The translations under genes and the position numbers were made by a program. The notes under the pieces were generated by a model. It was given only the letters and a program-made list of their open reading frames with translations, was not told the origin of the DNA and did not search any database. This document shows, one piece after another, positions 25,501 to 37,400 of a DNA stretch of 64,000 bases (the stretch's first letter is position 1; each line of letters opens with the position of its first letter). Source of the stretch: Takakia lepidozioides (lineage: Eukaryota > Plantae > Bryophyta); assembly GCA_030704615.1 (NCBI GenBank), contig CM060734.1, positions 48,236,001 to 48,300,000 of the forward strand. The letters run 5' to 3'.

Positions 25501-26372
25501 AAAAGAGGTTGAGAACTTGGGGTATCACATCTATCCAAAGCATGAACGTCATTGGATTCTGAAGTGTACTCGACATAAATTATCCACCTAAGTCAAATAC
25601 AATAACAAATAACTAAATGAGAATATTGCTTAAATTACAACTGCGTAATTAATACTAATTCATAGTTAATAAATAAATACGCACCTAAAATTTCATTTAA
25701 AAAATATTAATTTAATTTTTTAAAAAACTTGGTGAAATAATAAATTACATGAAGATTTGGGGATAAAGGAGGGAGTGACCCTCCGTCACATCTCTCATGC
25801 TCATATCCAATACACTTCAATCTACTACAATAACAACAATGTCAAAAATATACTTAAAATTAGAATATAAAATATTATATTGTACTAAGTTAGTTCAAGT
25901 TCTTACCATTCAAAGAATAAGTATGAATACGTTTAGTGGTTTTTTTTCCCACTTTGTATCCCCTTATTTTTAACTAAATAAAGGCACTCAATGGCTGAAA
26001 TAGGTGAACTTCAACAGCTGCAGTGCGACACTCAATAGCTGAAGTGTGGCATTCAGTTTTAAAAAAAAACAACGTAAGAAACTAAACATAAAATCGTAAA
26101 AAACTCACCGCTTCCAAAGAGTTTAAAAAAATACATATACATATTTGAGGGTATTTTTTAATGATTCGAAAAATATATATACATACAGTAGGGGGTACTT
26201 TTTTAAAATTACAAATTTCTATATATTTACAGGAGGGGGTTTTATAATATAATCGTTAAAATGTATGTACAGAGGGGATATAAATGATCCAAGGACCCGT
26301 ATACAAGGGTTTTTTTTATTAGGCGGCGAACGCACGTGATACAGACATTTTATAAAGAGTGCACCTCCCAGG

Positions 26373-27765
26373 TGATGAAGCAACCATATCTGACATGATC
26401 CAGAAGAAAAGTAGCAGCTATTAGGGCGATCGAGGTAAGACTCCGCGGCAACGTGAAGGAGGCACAGGCCCGACAGCAAAGGGATTACAATGTCTGCCAC
26501 AAGCACAATGATGAGCACCAGCACCTGGAGAATGAGAGCCTTGTAATGATGTTGAAGCTCGGTGCGAAGAGAAAGATGCAGGATCCTTGGGAAGGACCCT
26601 ACCTTATGGTGGAATATAAGGATGATGCAAAGATAAATGGGTGTGAGGGAGGACGACGATGCGTGCTGAAGGATGGGGCAGACAAACGATGGATTCGGCC
26701 ACGAAGGGAGCTGAATGGAGTGTGCACAATGAAGACTTCAGCGCACATTGAGGATGCCCCCGAGGACGAAGACAGTCAAGGAACGGAGTGCCCCACAGCT
26801 GTAGGTATAAAGCAGGTGACACATCATTCGGACAAAGATGCTGGTCGGAACAGGCATGTCGGCTCGACAATAGAGATGAATAAAGTAATGGATGAAATGA
26901 GGATGAGCAACGATCATCCAACATAATTCATTAAAGTGATGCCACAGAAGAATGGATGGGGGTAGTGGAAATTTCATTCGTTGAGGATTCGTTGAGTTTT
27001 AAGGGAAATGAAGGGATGTGGGCACTGAATGGATAAATTGTCATACTTCATCCACGGAGTTATAGCTGCTTGCTGGATGAATTAAGGGTAGGTTAAAAGT
27101 GATTTTGTCTTATGTTGGCTATATGAGAGGGGGATAACACCCGCAGGCTGGCCAAATCAATTTTTAGTAAGGGATCACATGACACCATGAGATACATTAA
27201 GGGCTGCCAGCTGACTTCCCGGAGAAGGGGAGGTGGTTAGGTAGGATTTAGGCTGGGATGGTGAGAGAGATAGTGCTTTTGACATTGGAGCTTTTGGGGA
27301 GCGCGAGGTCTCTTGGAGAGATGGATGCAACGTGATATGGAGCAAAGTGGAGTGGGCATTTGTGATCAAACTCAATTGGTACTTGGAACTAGTGTGGAAT
27401 AATGAGTGTGTTCAACCATAGAATAGAATCAAAATTTAGCAATGCATGAAAGATAGAAATCTTGCTTGTTTGATGGTTGGAATGATAGCATAGTGCAGAA
27501 CCAGAGTTAGACATGACAATGACAACCAAGATCTTGAGAACACTTAGTCAGCCTAAAGGTTAGTCCAGGCAATATCCAAGTGCATAATAGATCAGTTGAG
27601 CCATATAGATAGTGAGGGATCAGATTGTTGTAGTGTCACTGCCCATATGGGTGGATAGTAGTTCTTCCAAACTAAGTTATGTGGGATAGCACACAGAAAA
27701 CAAGAGTGCTAGAGTAGAGATATCCCAAGGGGAATGATGTTGTCTTCTCTTCCGCTGCGGCAACA
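26373..27765 (+). mobile_element. Ty3/gypsy 3' fragment: integrase C-terminus, PPT and putative 3' LTR (26966-27765)
   Basis: 'NVKEAQARQQRDYN...KMQDPWEGPY' (GPF/GPY module). The purine tract AGAAGAATGGATGGGGGTAG is followed by TG at 26966. LTR-like end TTCCGCTGCGGCAACA at 27765. Confidence 0.7.
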
Positions 27766-28064
27766 TTCTATCCAAGGGGTGTCAAAGGGTAAGACAACGT
27801 AGAGTGAACCTTTAGGTAGGCCCTTCGTTTAGCCCCACACCGCCCCCTAAAGGAAAGTGATGGTTTTTTTTTTTTTAATCTTTTTCTCCCTAGGCTCTCA
27901 TTCTCATTCTCCTTTATCTATTTTTTGACGTTGCCCTCTCATTCACTCCGTGACGAGATTTAGAGGACAACAGAGGGGTTTTCGAGCCGCTCCTCCCTTC
28001 GACCCCACTGCTCCCCGCTGCATATCAAGTTTATTCATTTAAAAACATACCTCGGCCTGTACTA

Positions 28065-28500
28065 TTATGTAGGTCCAAATTTTATGAAACCAAGTCGGTG
28101 CATCCCTACTCATTGAGGGCTTTCCAACGGTACCAAAATCGTAGCTAGAGGCCCTGCGGTTTGGGAGATCTCAAGGACCCTACAAACAATATTGTGTTCA
28201 TGCCATATTTGAAATAAAAAACCAATTATTTACATTTATGTCCCGTGTACAAAGGATAAATAAAGGGCCAGTAATTGTTGCAAGAAGGCCCATTTTGTTA
28301 TTTTTCGCAAGTTTCCAACGACCAAAAGTACTTGAAATTTCATATCTCCCACACCGCAAGTTCCAAAATTATGAGACCAAGCTAGTGCACCCCTCCTCAT
28401 CGAGGGCTTTCCAATGGTACCAAACACCAGGGCTGGGGCCCCGTGGTTGGGGAGATCTCAACAATGATACAAAACAAAACATTGTCTTTATTGTATATTA
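28065..28500 (-). mobile_element. Two partial copies of the Helitron-like repeat family seen at 42.7-45.5 kb
   Basis: Core GAGGGCTTTCCAACGGTACCAA...GGTTTGGGAGATCTCAA, the reverse complement of 42765-42850 and 44340-44430. Confidence 0.75.
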
Positions 28501-28847
28501 CTGTTTAACATTATAACTGTTTCAAAAATCGTGGATTAGCCTAGTGGTATGGAATTGGTTGTGGTGTGCATATGGTCTCGAGCTCAAATCTGCCTTGTGA
28601 TACATAGTTTCAAAGTTTTCGAAAAATTCAAGACACCATGAAATTTGAACTTGCAATGAGAGCCATGACAATGGTGACCCTTACCACTACGCTACCCTCC
28701 TAATCATATTAATCCTTTGCTGTAGACTTATATTTAAGGTGTTTCTTATCCCCCCTATGTATGTATTATGTTGTACATAGGGGGGTTAAAAATACCCCTC
28801 CTGTGCACGCACGTGGCTGATACAGGTTGGCTGGGGTGCACCCCTAG

Positions 28848-29800
28848 GCTTCATCATGGTTCAGTTCCACTGTCTCGGTGATCGTCCCAATTTCATTGCC
28901 CACGCTCATTCGCATGTCCCTGCCTGTGAGGACCTTGAAGGGTGAAACATTCGTTGATGCATGCACACTGATTCTATACCCGAAAACAACCTTGTACACA
29001 TTGCGATCCCAATCATTCCCTGTCTCTCCTCCCAAGGTAACTATGCTTTGCTTCAATGATTTTATTAATCGCTCCACCATGCCGTTGCACTATGGCCAGT
29101 AGGGCGCTGAATTCTTGTGTCTAATTCCAAATTTTTTGACATGTTTTCTTGAATTCTCTTTACCACTCGCATCCCTGATCTGTCAACACCACACTAGGTA
29201 CCCCATACCTATATATGATCTGCTCTTCCAAGAACCGTGCTGTGAGCGTAGCAGTGTGGTCACGCACTGAAGCTGCCTCTACCCACTTTGAAAAGTGATC
29301 GATGGCCATGATTGCATACTGGTTTCCTTCTCTAGTTTTGGGTAACGGCCCTGCTGTGTCAAGTGCAAATCGATAGAAAAGGTCTGCTGCAGATTTGGTT
29401 TGTGATTTGTATCCCACTCAGGCCAGCGTTCTTTGAACAAACATGACAACCTTTCTGGTCCAACATTGCTTATGAATGGACTACCCATCAATCCCAGCGT
29501 GACCATTGCTGTTGTTGTGGTGCTGATGGACTCCCTTCTTTCTTTGTTCTCCAGCTCAGTTACCACTTGCACCTTTTGTATTGCCCCATTTCTTGCATGC
29601 AGGTTGTCCTCAACAGCAGGTCCCAATTCCATTTGCATCGTTGGTGGCCAATCATGGCATACCAGTTGGTCACTGCTCCCTCTTTCTCCATGAGGCTTCC
29701 TTGTCATAGCTTGAACACGTCTCCCAGCCCTAGACCTGAGCTGTTTGCTCTCATCATCCTTACAGGTGTGGCCTTCAACATAGCTTATCGTTCCATTACA
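28848..29800 (-). mobile_element. Ty3/gypsy integrase zinc-finger and catalytic core remnant
   Basis: 'HNNSNGHAG', 'FALDTAGPLPKTREGNQYAIMAIDHFSKWVEA...YRYGVPSVVLTDQGCEW', 'CNGMVERLIKSLK...W...FGYR...HASTNVSPF'. D,D-E motifs present, with in-frame stops. Confidence 0.9.
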
Positions 29801-30580
29801 ACCAGGCTGAGCATTTCCTGCAATCATGGCGTTCCATGAGACAACATTTTGTTGAACCATACTGTCAAACACTTGCCGTGCATCTCTGGTTCTCCCATGT
29901 TTGGCATACATGTCCATGAGGGCGCTGTTCAGATTGACATTTGGTACAATTCTAGCCTTCATAAATGTCAGCATAGACCTGCCATCCCTTTTCAAGAGTT
30001 GCAGGGCTGACGTGTGCCCTGAAGCAAACATGACTTGGTTGGGCTTTAAACCTTCCCACATCAATTGCTCATGCATCTCCAGAGCCTAAATTCCACAACT
30101 ATGTCGGGCACATCCTGCAATCATTGCATCAGATGTCACCATATCTCGTTCAGCCATATTGACGAACACCCGCTTTGCATCCTTGTTACCCCCACACTTG
30201 GCATACATGTCAATGAGGGAAGTGCCCAAGCTGATACTTGGCACAACTTCAGCTCCAATGACATCAGTAGGGACCTCTTTGTCTTTCCCCAGGGTTGTCA
30301 AGTTCACATATGTATTGCAAATGCACATGAACGGCACCTGGTTGGGCTTCACCCCTCCATTTCCATAATCTGCAGACAGCCCCTTGCCTTTCTGAATTAC
30401 CTTTGCTGGTGTAGCCTTAACCCCTTCAGTTACAATGTCAAAAGTGCGCTCTTCAAGGCCATTAGCACCTGTATAGTGCCAATGATCCAGGTATGTTTGG
30501 GGCTGATGCCACTCACCCGTTTGCCTTCCATGATCACTCTGGGCATATACTGCAATCATTGCATCCCACAAAACCTTGAA
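29800..30580 (-). pseudogene. PLS-class PPR pseudogene fragment
   Basis: 'SLIDMYAKCGGNKDAKRVFVNMAERDMVT', 'NSALMDMYAKHGRTRDARQVFDSMVQQNVVSWNAMIAG'. Frameshifted, and abuts the integrase remnant. Confidence 0.85.
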
Positions 30581-30589
30581 ATCCAGATT

Positions 30590-33098
30590 AACCTTCTGGT
30601 GTTCCTCTCAGCTCTCCATTGTGGGCAGAGCTTTGGTTGCTAACCAAGTCCTTTCTGCAGCCATTTGGTTTGTAGCCTCGGTCTAGGATCCTGATCCTTT
30701 CATCTTGCGTGCTATTAAAGCAATGATTCGAAATTTCCTATGGGGTGCTTCTGATACTTCGTTGGCTAGGCGAGCTTTAGTTTCCTGGTCTCAGCTTTGT
30801 CTTAAGAAGAATTAGGGGGGGCTTGGGATTTTGGACCTGGAAAGTGAGATTACCGCTCTTCTTGGTAAATGGATCCCACGGGCATTCTTGCCTTCAGCAG
30901 GCCGTTTGGAAGTATTTGTTTTGGCTGAACATTCAATCCTCAACTCCATCCTCTAGTCCATCTTGGTTGCCCAATTTTCATTGGCTGGTTCAGGGGGGTT
31001 CCAGGAACGACCGGGTGTGCCAGGGATCTTTAGCCTGGCAAGTTGTATGGAAAGCTTGGACACTATTAAGGGAGTTCCTATACCAAACCCCACCCAAATC
31101 CTGGGACGAGGCCTTTCGGCAGCCTCTCTTTGGAAATATGCATTGATTGCTCTGTGCTAGCTAACTGCTCTACTCGCTGGGCCTCTTGGGATAGGGCATG
31201 CATTTATGGGGTTAAGGATGTTTGGGTTGGGAATGGAATAGGGCTCTGGGAACATTGGACAGGTAAGCTTCATCCCACTGCTCTCAGATTTGGGTCGCCT
31301 TTCATCGCTGAGGTTGTTCCTCTAAGATGGTCTTCCTTGCTATCCTCGGGTCGGGAAAACTGGAAACCACCAGCCTGGCGTGGCTGTTTGGGGGGCATAC
31401 CAGTCAACATTGTTTATGTCTCTGAGGTCAGAAATGGTGCGGCATCTGGCATTGGCTTTGCGGCCCGATAGGACGGTTCCTTGGATCATTTGGGCCCGCT
31501 GGTTTGCCAATCTGACTCTATCTTTGTAGTTAGAACCTTTGACTCTTCGGGGTGTGTCAATCCAGTTTATAATGGGGCTGGGACTTTTGGGACAGTGGAG
31601 CAGATCCATTTTAGTTTGCTGGTTTTCTAATCTCCCTCTTGCCCAGCTGCAATGGGACCCGGGCGAATGGAAGTGGTGTATATAGGATAACACTCAACCT
31701 TCTTTTTTTCTTACTCTGCCAAGATGGGCTACAAAATTCTCCAGAGCCATTTTCCTATCTCTGCTAAGCTTTCTGCCAAGTGGGCCCCTATTCTTGTTCC
31801 CCAATCTGCTTGGAACAAGGTTTGGCAGGATGTTTGGAGCAAACAGAGGTCATCTAAGGTGTCAGCTTTTTTTTGGAAACTGAGCAATAGGATCCTCCCC
31901 CTCTCCTACTATCAACTGCCCCCTGATGACATTTGCAGATCCTGATCATCTGCAGAGAAGGAGACTTATGTGCACTGTTTCATGTCATGCCCTTTTGTAG
32001 CCCACGTCTGGGTCAGGTTGCACTCCTTATATGCCAACTGGCATAACTTTGATCTAAATGACCCTTTGTTGCTTCTTCTCAACTCGTCCCCCTCAAGTTC
32101 TTGGCTGACTTGTCAAGTGTGGGTAACTCTGCGAGGGCTGGGACTCTGGCATATCTGGAAAGCACGCTGTGCTTTCATCTTTGATACCAGGCCCTTGTCT
32201 GTCAAAACAACCTTGGCTGCCTTTTACTTTGATTTACTAGTTGAGGCTCGTAAACTGTGGGGGGTTTTGTGGAGCGGCCGGATGCCCTATTCGCAAAATT
32301 TGATGCCGAATGGGGGCATAGGGGATTGCTTTGTCAAAGACAAGGAGAAGATATCCGGTGGACATCCGAACCTCCAGTCCACTGGTGAATCTCCCAACCA
32401 TTGGGCATCCCCGGCGGATCTGGAAGACAGGGACATCAACTGGCGCCATCGCAAGGGCCGTGCTTCAATTGTTAGGGTCCACTTAGACTTCTGATCTTTG
32501 GCATTTGTTTGTCAGGGCTCTCTTCTCTCTTCTCTTCTTAGACAGCTGCTCTTTCTATGTTCACTGCCCATCTAGTTAGAATGGTACCCGTCACTTAGAG
32601 ACATTGTCTTGGCTAGGATCAGATTGGTTTTCAGTTGGGTGCGTGAAGGCTTTGCTCGCTCTTATGATACGGCTTCTTTTTTTTTGGGGGGGGGGAGCAC
32701 TCCTCAAACAGCTCCACATGCTTTTGTTTTTGGAACTGTTGGAAGGCTCCTTGCATGACAGACTGTTAGACCAACAACTTGTTTGTCAAACAGCTTGGCT
32801 CTCTTAGCTTTTTGTAGTACTATTCAGTACTGTTTGGTTGTATTTCTAATGCTGATCTTTTGGCATCTCCTCCCAGATTTCTATTAAAGCCTGAAGCTTA
32901 GCTTAATCCTGAACTCCAGGTTTGAATTCTTTAACTAGATGGCTTAGCTTGCCCTTGGGGCTTGGTTAGGGTGTTACCCAATCTTTCAAAAGATGTAAGC
33001 CTTATGGGCTCCTGTCCTGGTTAATTTTTCCAGGACACCTTTATTAATATGATCTAAAGCCCCTTATTAAAAAAATAAAAAAAATAAAAATAAAAAAA
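30590..33098 (+). mobile_element. 5'-truncated L1-clade LINE (ORF2 C-terminus/zf-RVT, 3' UTR, poly-A)
   Basis: 'IRNFLWG...VSWSQLC...GGLGI', 'WNKVWQDVW...KVSAFFWKL..RILP', 'ETYVHCFMSCPFVAHVW', 'LWHIWKARC'. A-rich tail at 33069-33098. Confidence 0.88.
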
Positions 33099-33183
33099 CC
33101 TAAAAGCATATTAATCACGTAGGAAATGAGAAATTATCTGGACCTGAGCAAAGATCGAAAAACTAGGTTAGTCCCACTACCAT

Positions 33184-33620
33184 GGTAAGCCCATCACAAA
33201 GATAGTCTCCGTTCCGTTTAGTTCTATGCAAATTGGGTGCAGGGTCTATGGTCACAAGGCTACAGCAAACATCTTATGAGCACATTTTCGTCAGGTAAAG
33301 AAGCCATCATATAGCAAGATCAAAGGTACATGCATACTCAGTACGGACTAAAAACTTGGCATTGCATGTCGCTGCCCAGGGTCAGTAAATTCCTGTTTAA
33401 AAGTAACCTATATGCGATTATAGTCATAAAACTTGCAAGTGTATTTGGAAACTAGCTCAAGTGAATTCAACTGTTAGGATTACTTCTGAAACCATATATA
33501 CATATATAGAAAATATACTCATAAGACATTGTTTGCTATAGCCTTGAGACCATAGATCCCACACCTAATTTGGCCCAAACACCAGGGCACTGACAATATC
33601 TTTGTGAGGGACTTAATCCA
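33184..33620. mobile_element. Long-TIR foldback MITE (MULE-like)
   Basis: 33184-33289 is an imperfect ~105-bp inverted repeat of 33509-33620 (TCACAAAGATA; TCTATGGTC.CAAGGCTA.AGCAAACA; TCTTATGAG). No TSD identified. Confidence 0.65.
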
Positions 33621-34470
33621 ACGGTGGATTCCAAATTTTATTTTTGCGTTGGATGCCCATGATAGGTGAGCATCCCATCCTATGGTGGAAAGGATTGGTT
33701 TGTCCCCAGACAGTCGTAAGCTGTGGTCCGGAACCTACAAAGGGGTCTGGTTGCAAGGCCAATTTCCCAACGAACCCCATCGTCCTTTAAGGGTTAAGTA
33801 TAGAAACAAGTGGTCATTTTCTGATCTTCCAGGTCTATGTTCTGCCATTTTTTTTCCACATGTGCAAAACATCACTGTCCCAAGATCTCATCGTAGAACA
33901 TAATGTTCATCCTAAAATCGAGTAATTTTGTAATTTTTAGACATATACACAACACAATACACCAAATTAATATGTACACAACACCACATAAATTCATGTT
34001 ATGACAACATTAACAAAATATGATAACAAAGTTGACTTAAATACTTTATGCCTTCCTTATCATTACCGAGCTTGAGGTCACTGAAAAGCAGATTATAAAT
34101 CTCAATGTTACCCTTGATAAAAAAATACAGTGAACAAATAATAAGTGGAAAGTAATACTGATGCATTAGACGCCAAAGGATCTTCTTCTAATCAGCTCAA
34201 TTAATGCATTCTGTATTTTTCCTCTCTTTCTTAGCACCTACATCCCGAGACTTAGCCGTAGCAACGTCCTAATAAGCTTTGTTAGCAGCAAAAGAAGAAA
34301 TGACATGATTGGGATTAAAGCTTGAAAGGGACTTCCGTCAAACCAGTTCTATTTATATGGCTTTGCTGCTCACGATCTTCTAATGAGGAACGAGAGTAAG
34401 GGTTAGAAAAGTGGCTATATAACAAGTTGCACATTTTAATGGGTCCATGTTCTATCCATGTGGGCAGCTC

Positions 34471-37400
34471 TTTTTTTTCTTTTTCTTTTTCTTTCTTTTT
34501 CTTTCTTTCTTATTATTTAAAATAAAATAAAATAAAATAAAAAACAGGGATTGTGCCCTGGAAGCTTTATTTATGTTTATTTTTGGTGGGGAAAAAAGTA
34601 AAACCCCTAAAAGTACCATGAAGGTATACACATCGTAGTCAGTGAATGGCAAATCGACCTCCTATTGGAGAGTTCCAAAAAATTAGGGCATCATGCCCAA
34701 TGTAGTGCTAAGCTGTTGAGCGAGTAGCTCACCCAGGGATTCTAGCAAACAACAGTCTAAGAGCATGTGTAGGTTTTGGCAGTAGAGGTAGAGTCCTAGC
34801 GAAGAGCTTGATGATGACTACTACTCTACTGCTATCGATCTGTTTTTGGAATGTCAACGGAACTTGAGTCTCGCAGCTGACTTGATGTGGCGCCAGTTAA
34901 TGTCCCTGTCAAATTTTTAGGGGAGAGAGTGGATGGCCGTTCTGAGCCCCCTCCAGGCGTCTGGTGGGCTGGCAGCCCAGTTGCATTCACTTGGTGAAGT
35001 GGTAGTACAAATGTGCCCTTGCTTGCCCCAGGATGATTTGAAGTCTGCATGCAGGTTGGCCGCTCGTTGAGGGTGTCTGTCCATTTCTTCACGCAGTTTT
35101 ACCCATGCTTTTCTAGCATCAATCTGTATATCCTAGAAAATGCGAGCTAATACTGCGGATAGTGACAGAGTCTCACCAGAGAGTGACCAGGAGCAACGTA
35201 CTTTCCATAGTTGCCATAGTGTAGAAACCCGGAGGCTTTCAAAGACTGGGCAATCAATGGCTTTCGATTTGGAATTTGTGTCATAGTTTAAAAGTAATGT
35301 AAGTGGCGTTTGTGGTTAGGTATCCCAGATGGTGTAGAAAGCCTTTATGATTCTCCAGATTGATTCTGGGCCTTGGCACAAGAGGAGGCAGTGTTCTAAA
35401 GATTCTAGCACTCTTGCGGAGCAGCCTGCTCATAAAAGAGCGCCCTGGAATTGAAGCCATTCCCCCACCTTGAGCACTCTGTTGGCAATTTGCCATAGGA
35501 ATGCAGACATTTTTGCAGATTTGGTCTTGCTCTAGATGTTGCTCCAGATCGCTTTCCAGTTTTCATTGGCAAAGCCATAGTCCTGCCATTTAGCATTCCA
35601 CTTGGAGTGGAGAGGGCTAATTTGGCCAGTGTTCTGCGGGCTTTTTTTGCTGAGTAGTTGAAGAAGGGGACTTGGGATCGGCCAAAGGCCCATGTCCATT
35701 CTTTAGGGTCAAATTGCAGGTCTATCAGCGGCCTTCCTAAAATCCAGATGAAGTTGTTTGCTGCAAGCCAGATGTGTAGAGGTAAGGTAGGATCAGGTTG
35801 AGGGTTCATATCTTTTGTCGGGTACGACCAGCAGCATATCCTAACCGGGGTATGTGGAAAGATGGGGTAATCAATGGGTTGCTCGCTATTCAGAGACAAG
35901 GCCATAGAGACAGGGTCAATATCAAATGGAAATCCTGTCAGGGTATAATCGGATCTCTGGAGAACGAAAAGAACAGTTAGCTTATTGTTGATGATCCCAA
36001 GAGTCCAGTAAAGGGATTGTGGATTTGAAGGACCAGTCTGGAGATTCGAGAGCCAAGTTGGGGGGGATGGAAGCTGTGATTTGAGGCAATCCAGCTGTGG
36101 CCCTGTTTTTGCCAACAGATAGTGCAATGATATCTATCTCTTTAAAGCCATTGTTGCTCCATATATCTTTGAGCTGGCAGATCCCCTTATGATCCCATGA
36201 AGACCATCTTCTGGCCTGACAGCGTTGGACTGTGGTAGTTTGGCTGTTGTTTAAGAAGTTGTGCTGCCGGGCCGTCTCTGCAAATGTCTGAGGTTCCTGT
36301 TTTTTAAGGAGAGGCATGAGTTTGGCCCATGCTTGCCAAATGGTTGTCCACAAAGGTGAGCCTACGAGCTTGTGTTTGAAGCCCTGCACTGCCCATTTGA
36401 AGGGGGGACCCCAAGATGAGTTCCGGAGAGGTGATGCAGCCATGATGTTCCCTGCCACGAGAAATTTCCAGCATCCCCCCTCTGGGCCAAAGAATCTAGG
36501 GACCCATTTTCCTAACAAAGTGGTAATTTGTATCTCTGGATCGATGACACCCAGACCACCATCCTTTTTGGGGAGGCATATTTGTCTCCAGGAGACTTGG
36601 GGTCTTCTCCAGCCTGGCGATGATGATTTAGCTCCCAGATAAAGTTCCGAAGTAGGGTTCTAACCTGTTTGATCTGGGAGGTGTTTGGTCGCTAGGACGA
36701 GGAAAAGTACCAAATGCCTGCAGAGAGGACTTGATTGACTGCCAGTGCTCTACTTGTGACGGAGAGGTGCTTTGATCCCCAAAAGGTTAGTTTCCTTTTG
36801 AGTTTAGCCATGGTGGGCGCGAACCGCTGGTTGTCAGTGAGGTTAATACCGAAAGTGTAGCCTAGGTAGGTGGTTGATTGCCCCGGTTGAAGCCAGGAAA
36901 GGCCTAAGGAGGAGCCCCAAGATGGAGAGGTTCCAATGCAAGATTTGTTGGTATCTCCGACCAGAATCGCACACGTTTTTGCCCAGTTGACTTTGAATCC
37001 AGAGGCCTGGCAGAATGTTTGAAGGGTGTTTGTAGCATTGTCCAGGTTGGTTGGATTGGCTTGCAAAATGAGAAGAGTATCATCAACAAACATAGAGTCT
37101 TTGATCTCTACTGATTGATGCATGTGGTAGTTGGTTATGCGTAGACCTTTGATTCCTGTATTTGCTTGTAGCATGTAGCCCGCGGAATCCGCAACGAATA
37201 GAAAGAGGAAGGGAGATAGCGGGCAACCCTGTCGAACCGAGCGCTGAAGAGGGAATGAAGGAGAGAGATGGCCGTTGATAATTGCTCTACTGCTGGAGTT
37301 TTGGAGCAGAATCTTGACCCATTGGCGGAATGATGGAGGGATATCAATTTTGGTGAGAGCCCCCATGAGGAAAGACCATTCAACTCTATCAAAGGCCTTT

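Noticed and set aside
29279-30076. Novel PPR-integrase fusion protein (265-aa ORF)
   Set aside because: The ORF crosses the junction mostly out of frame with integrase, and both parts are decayed. This is chance read-through.
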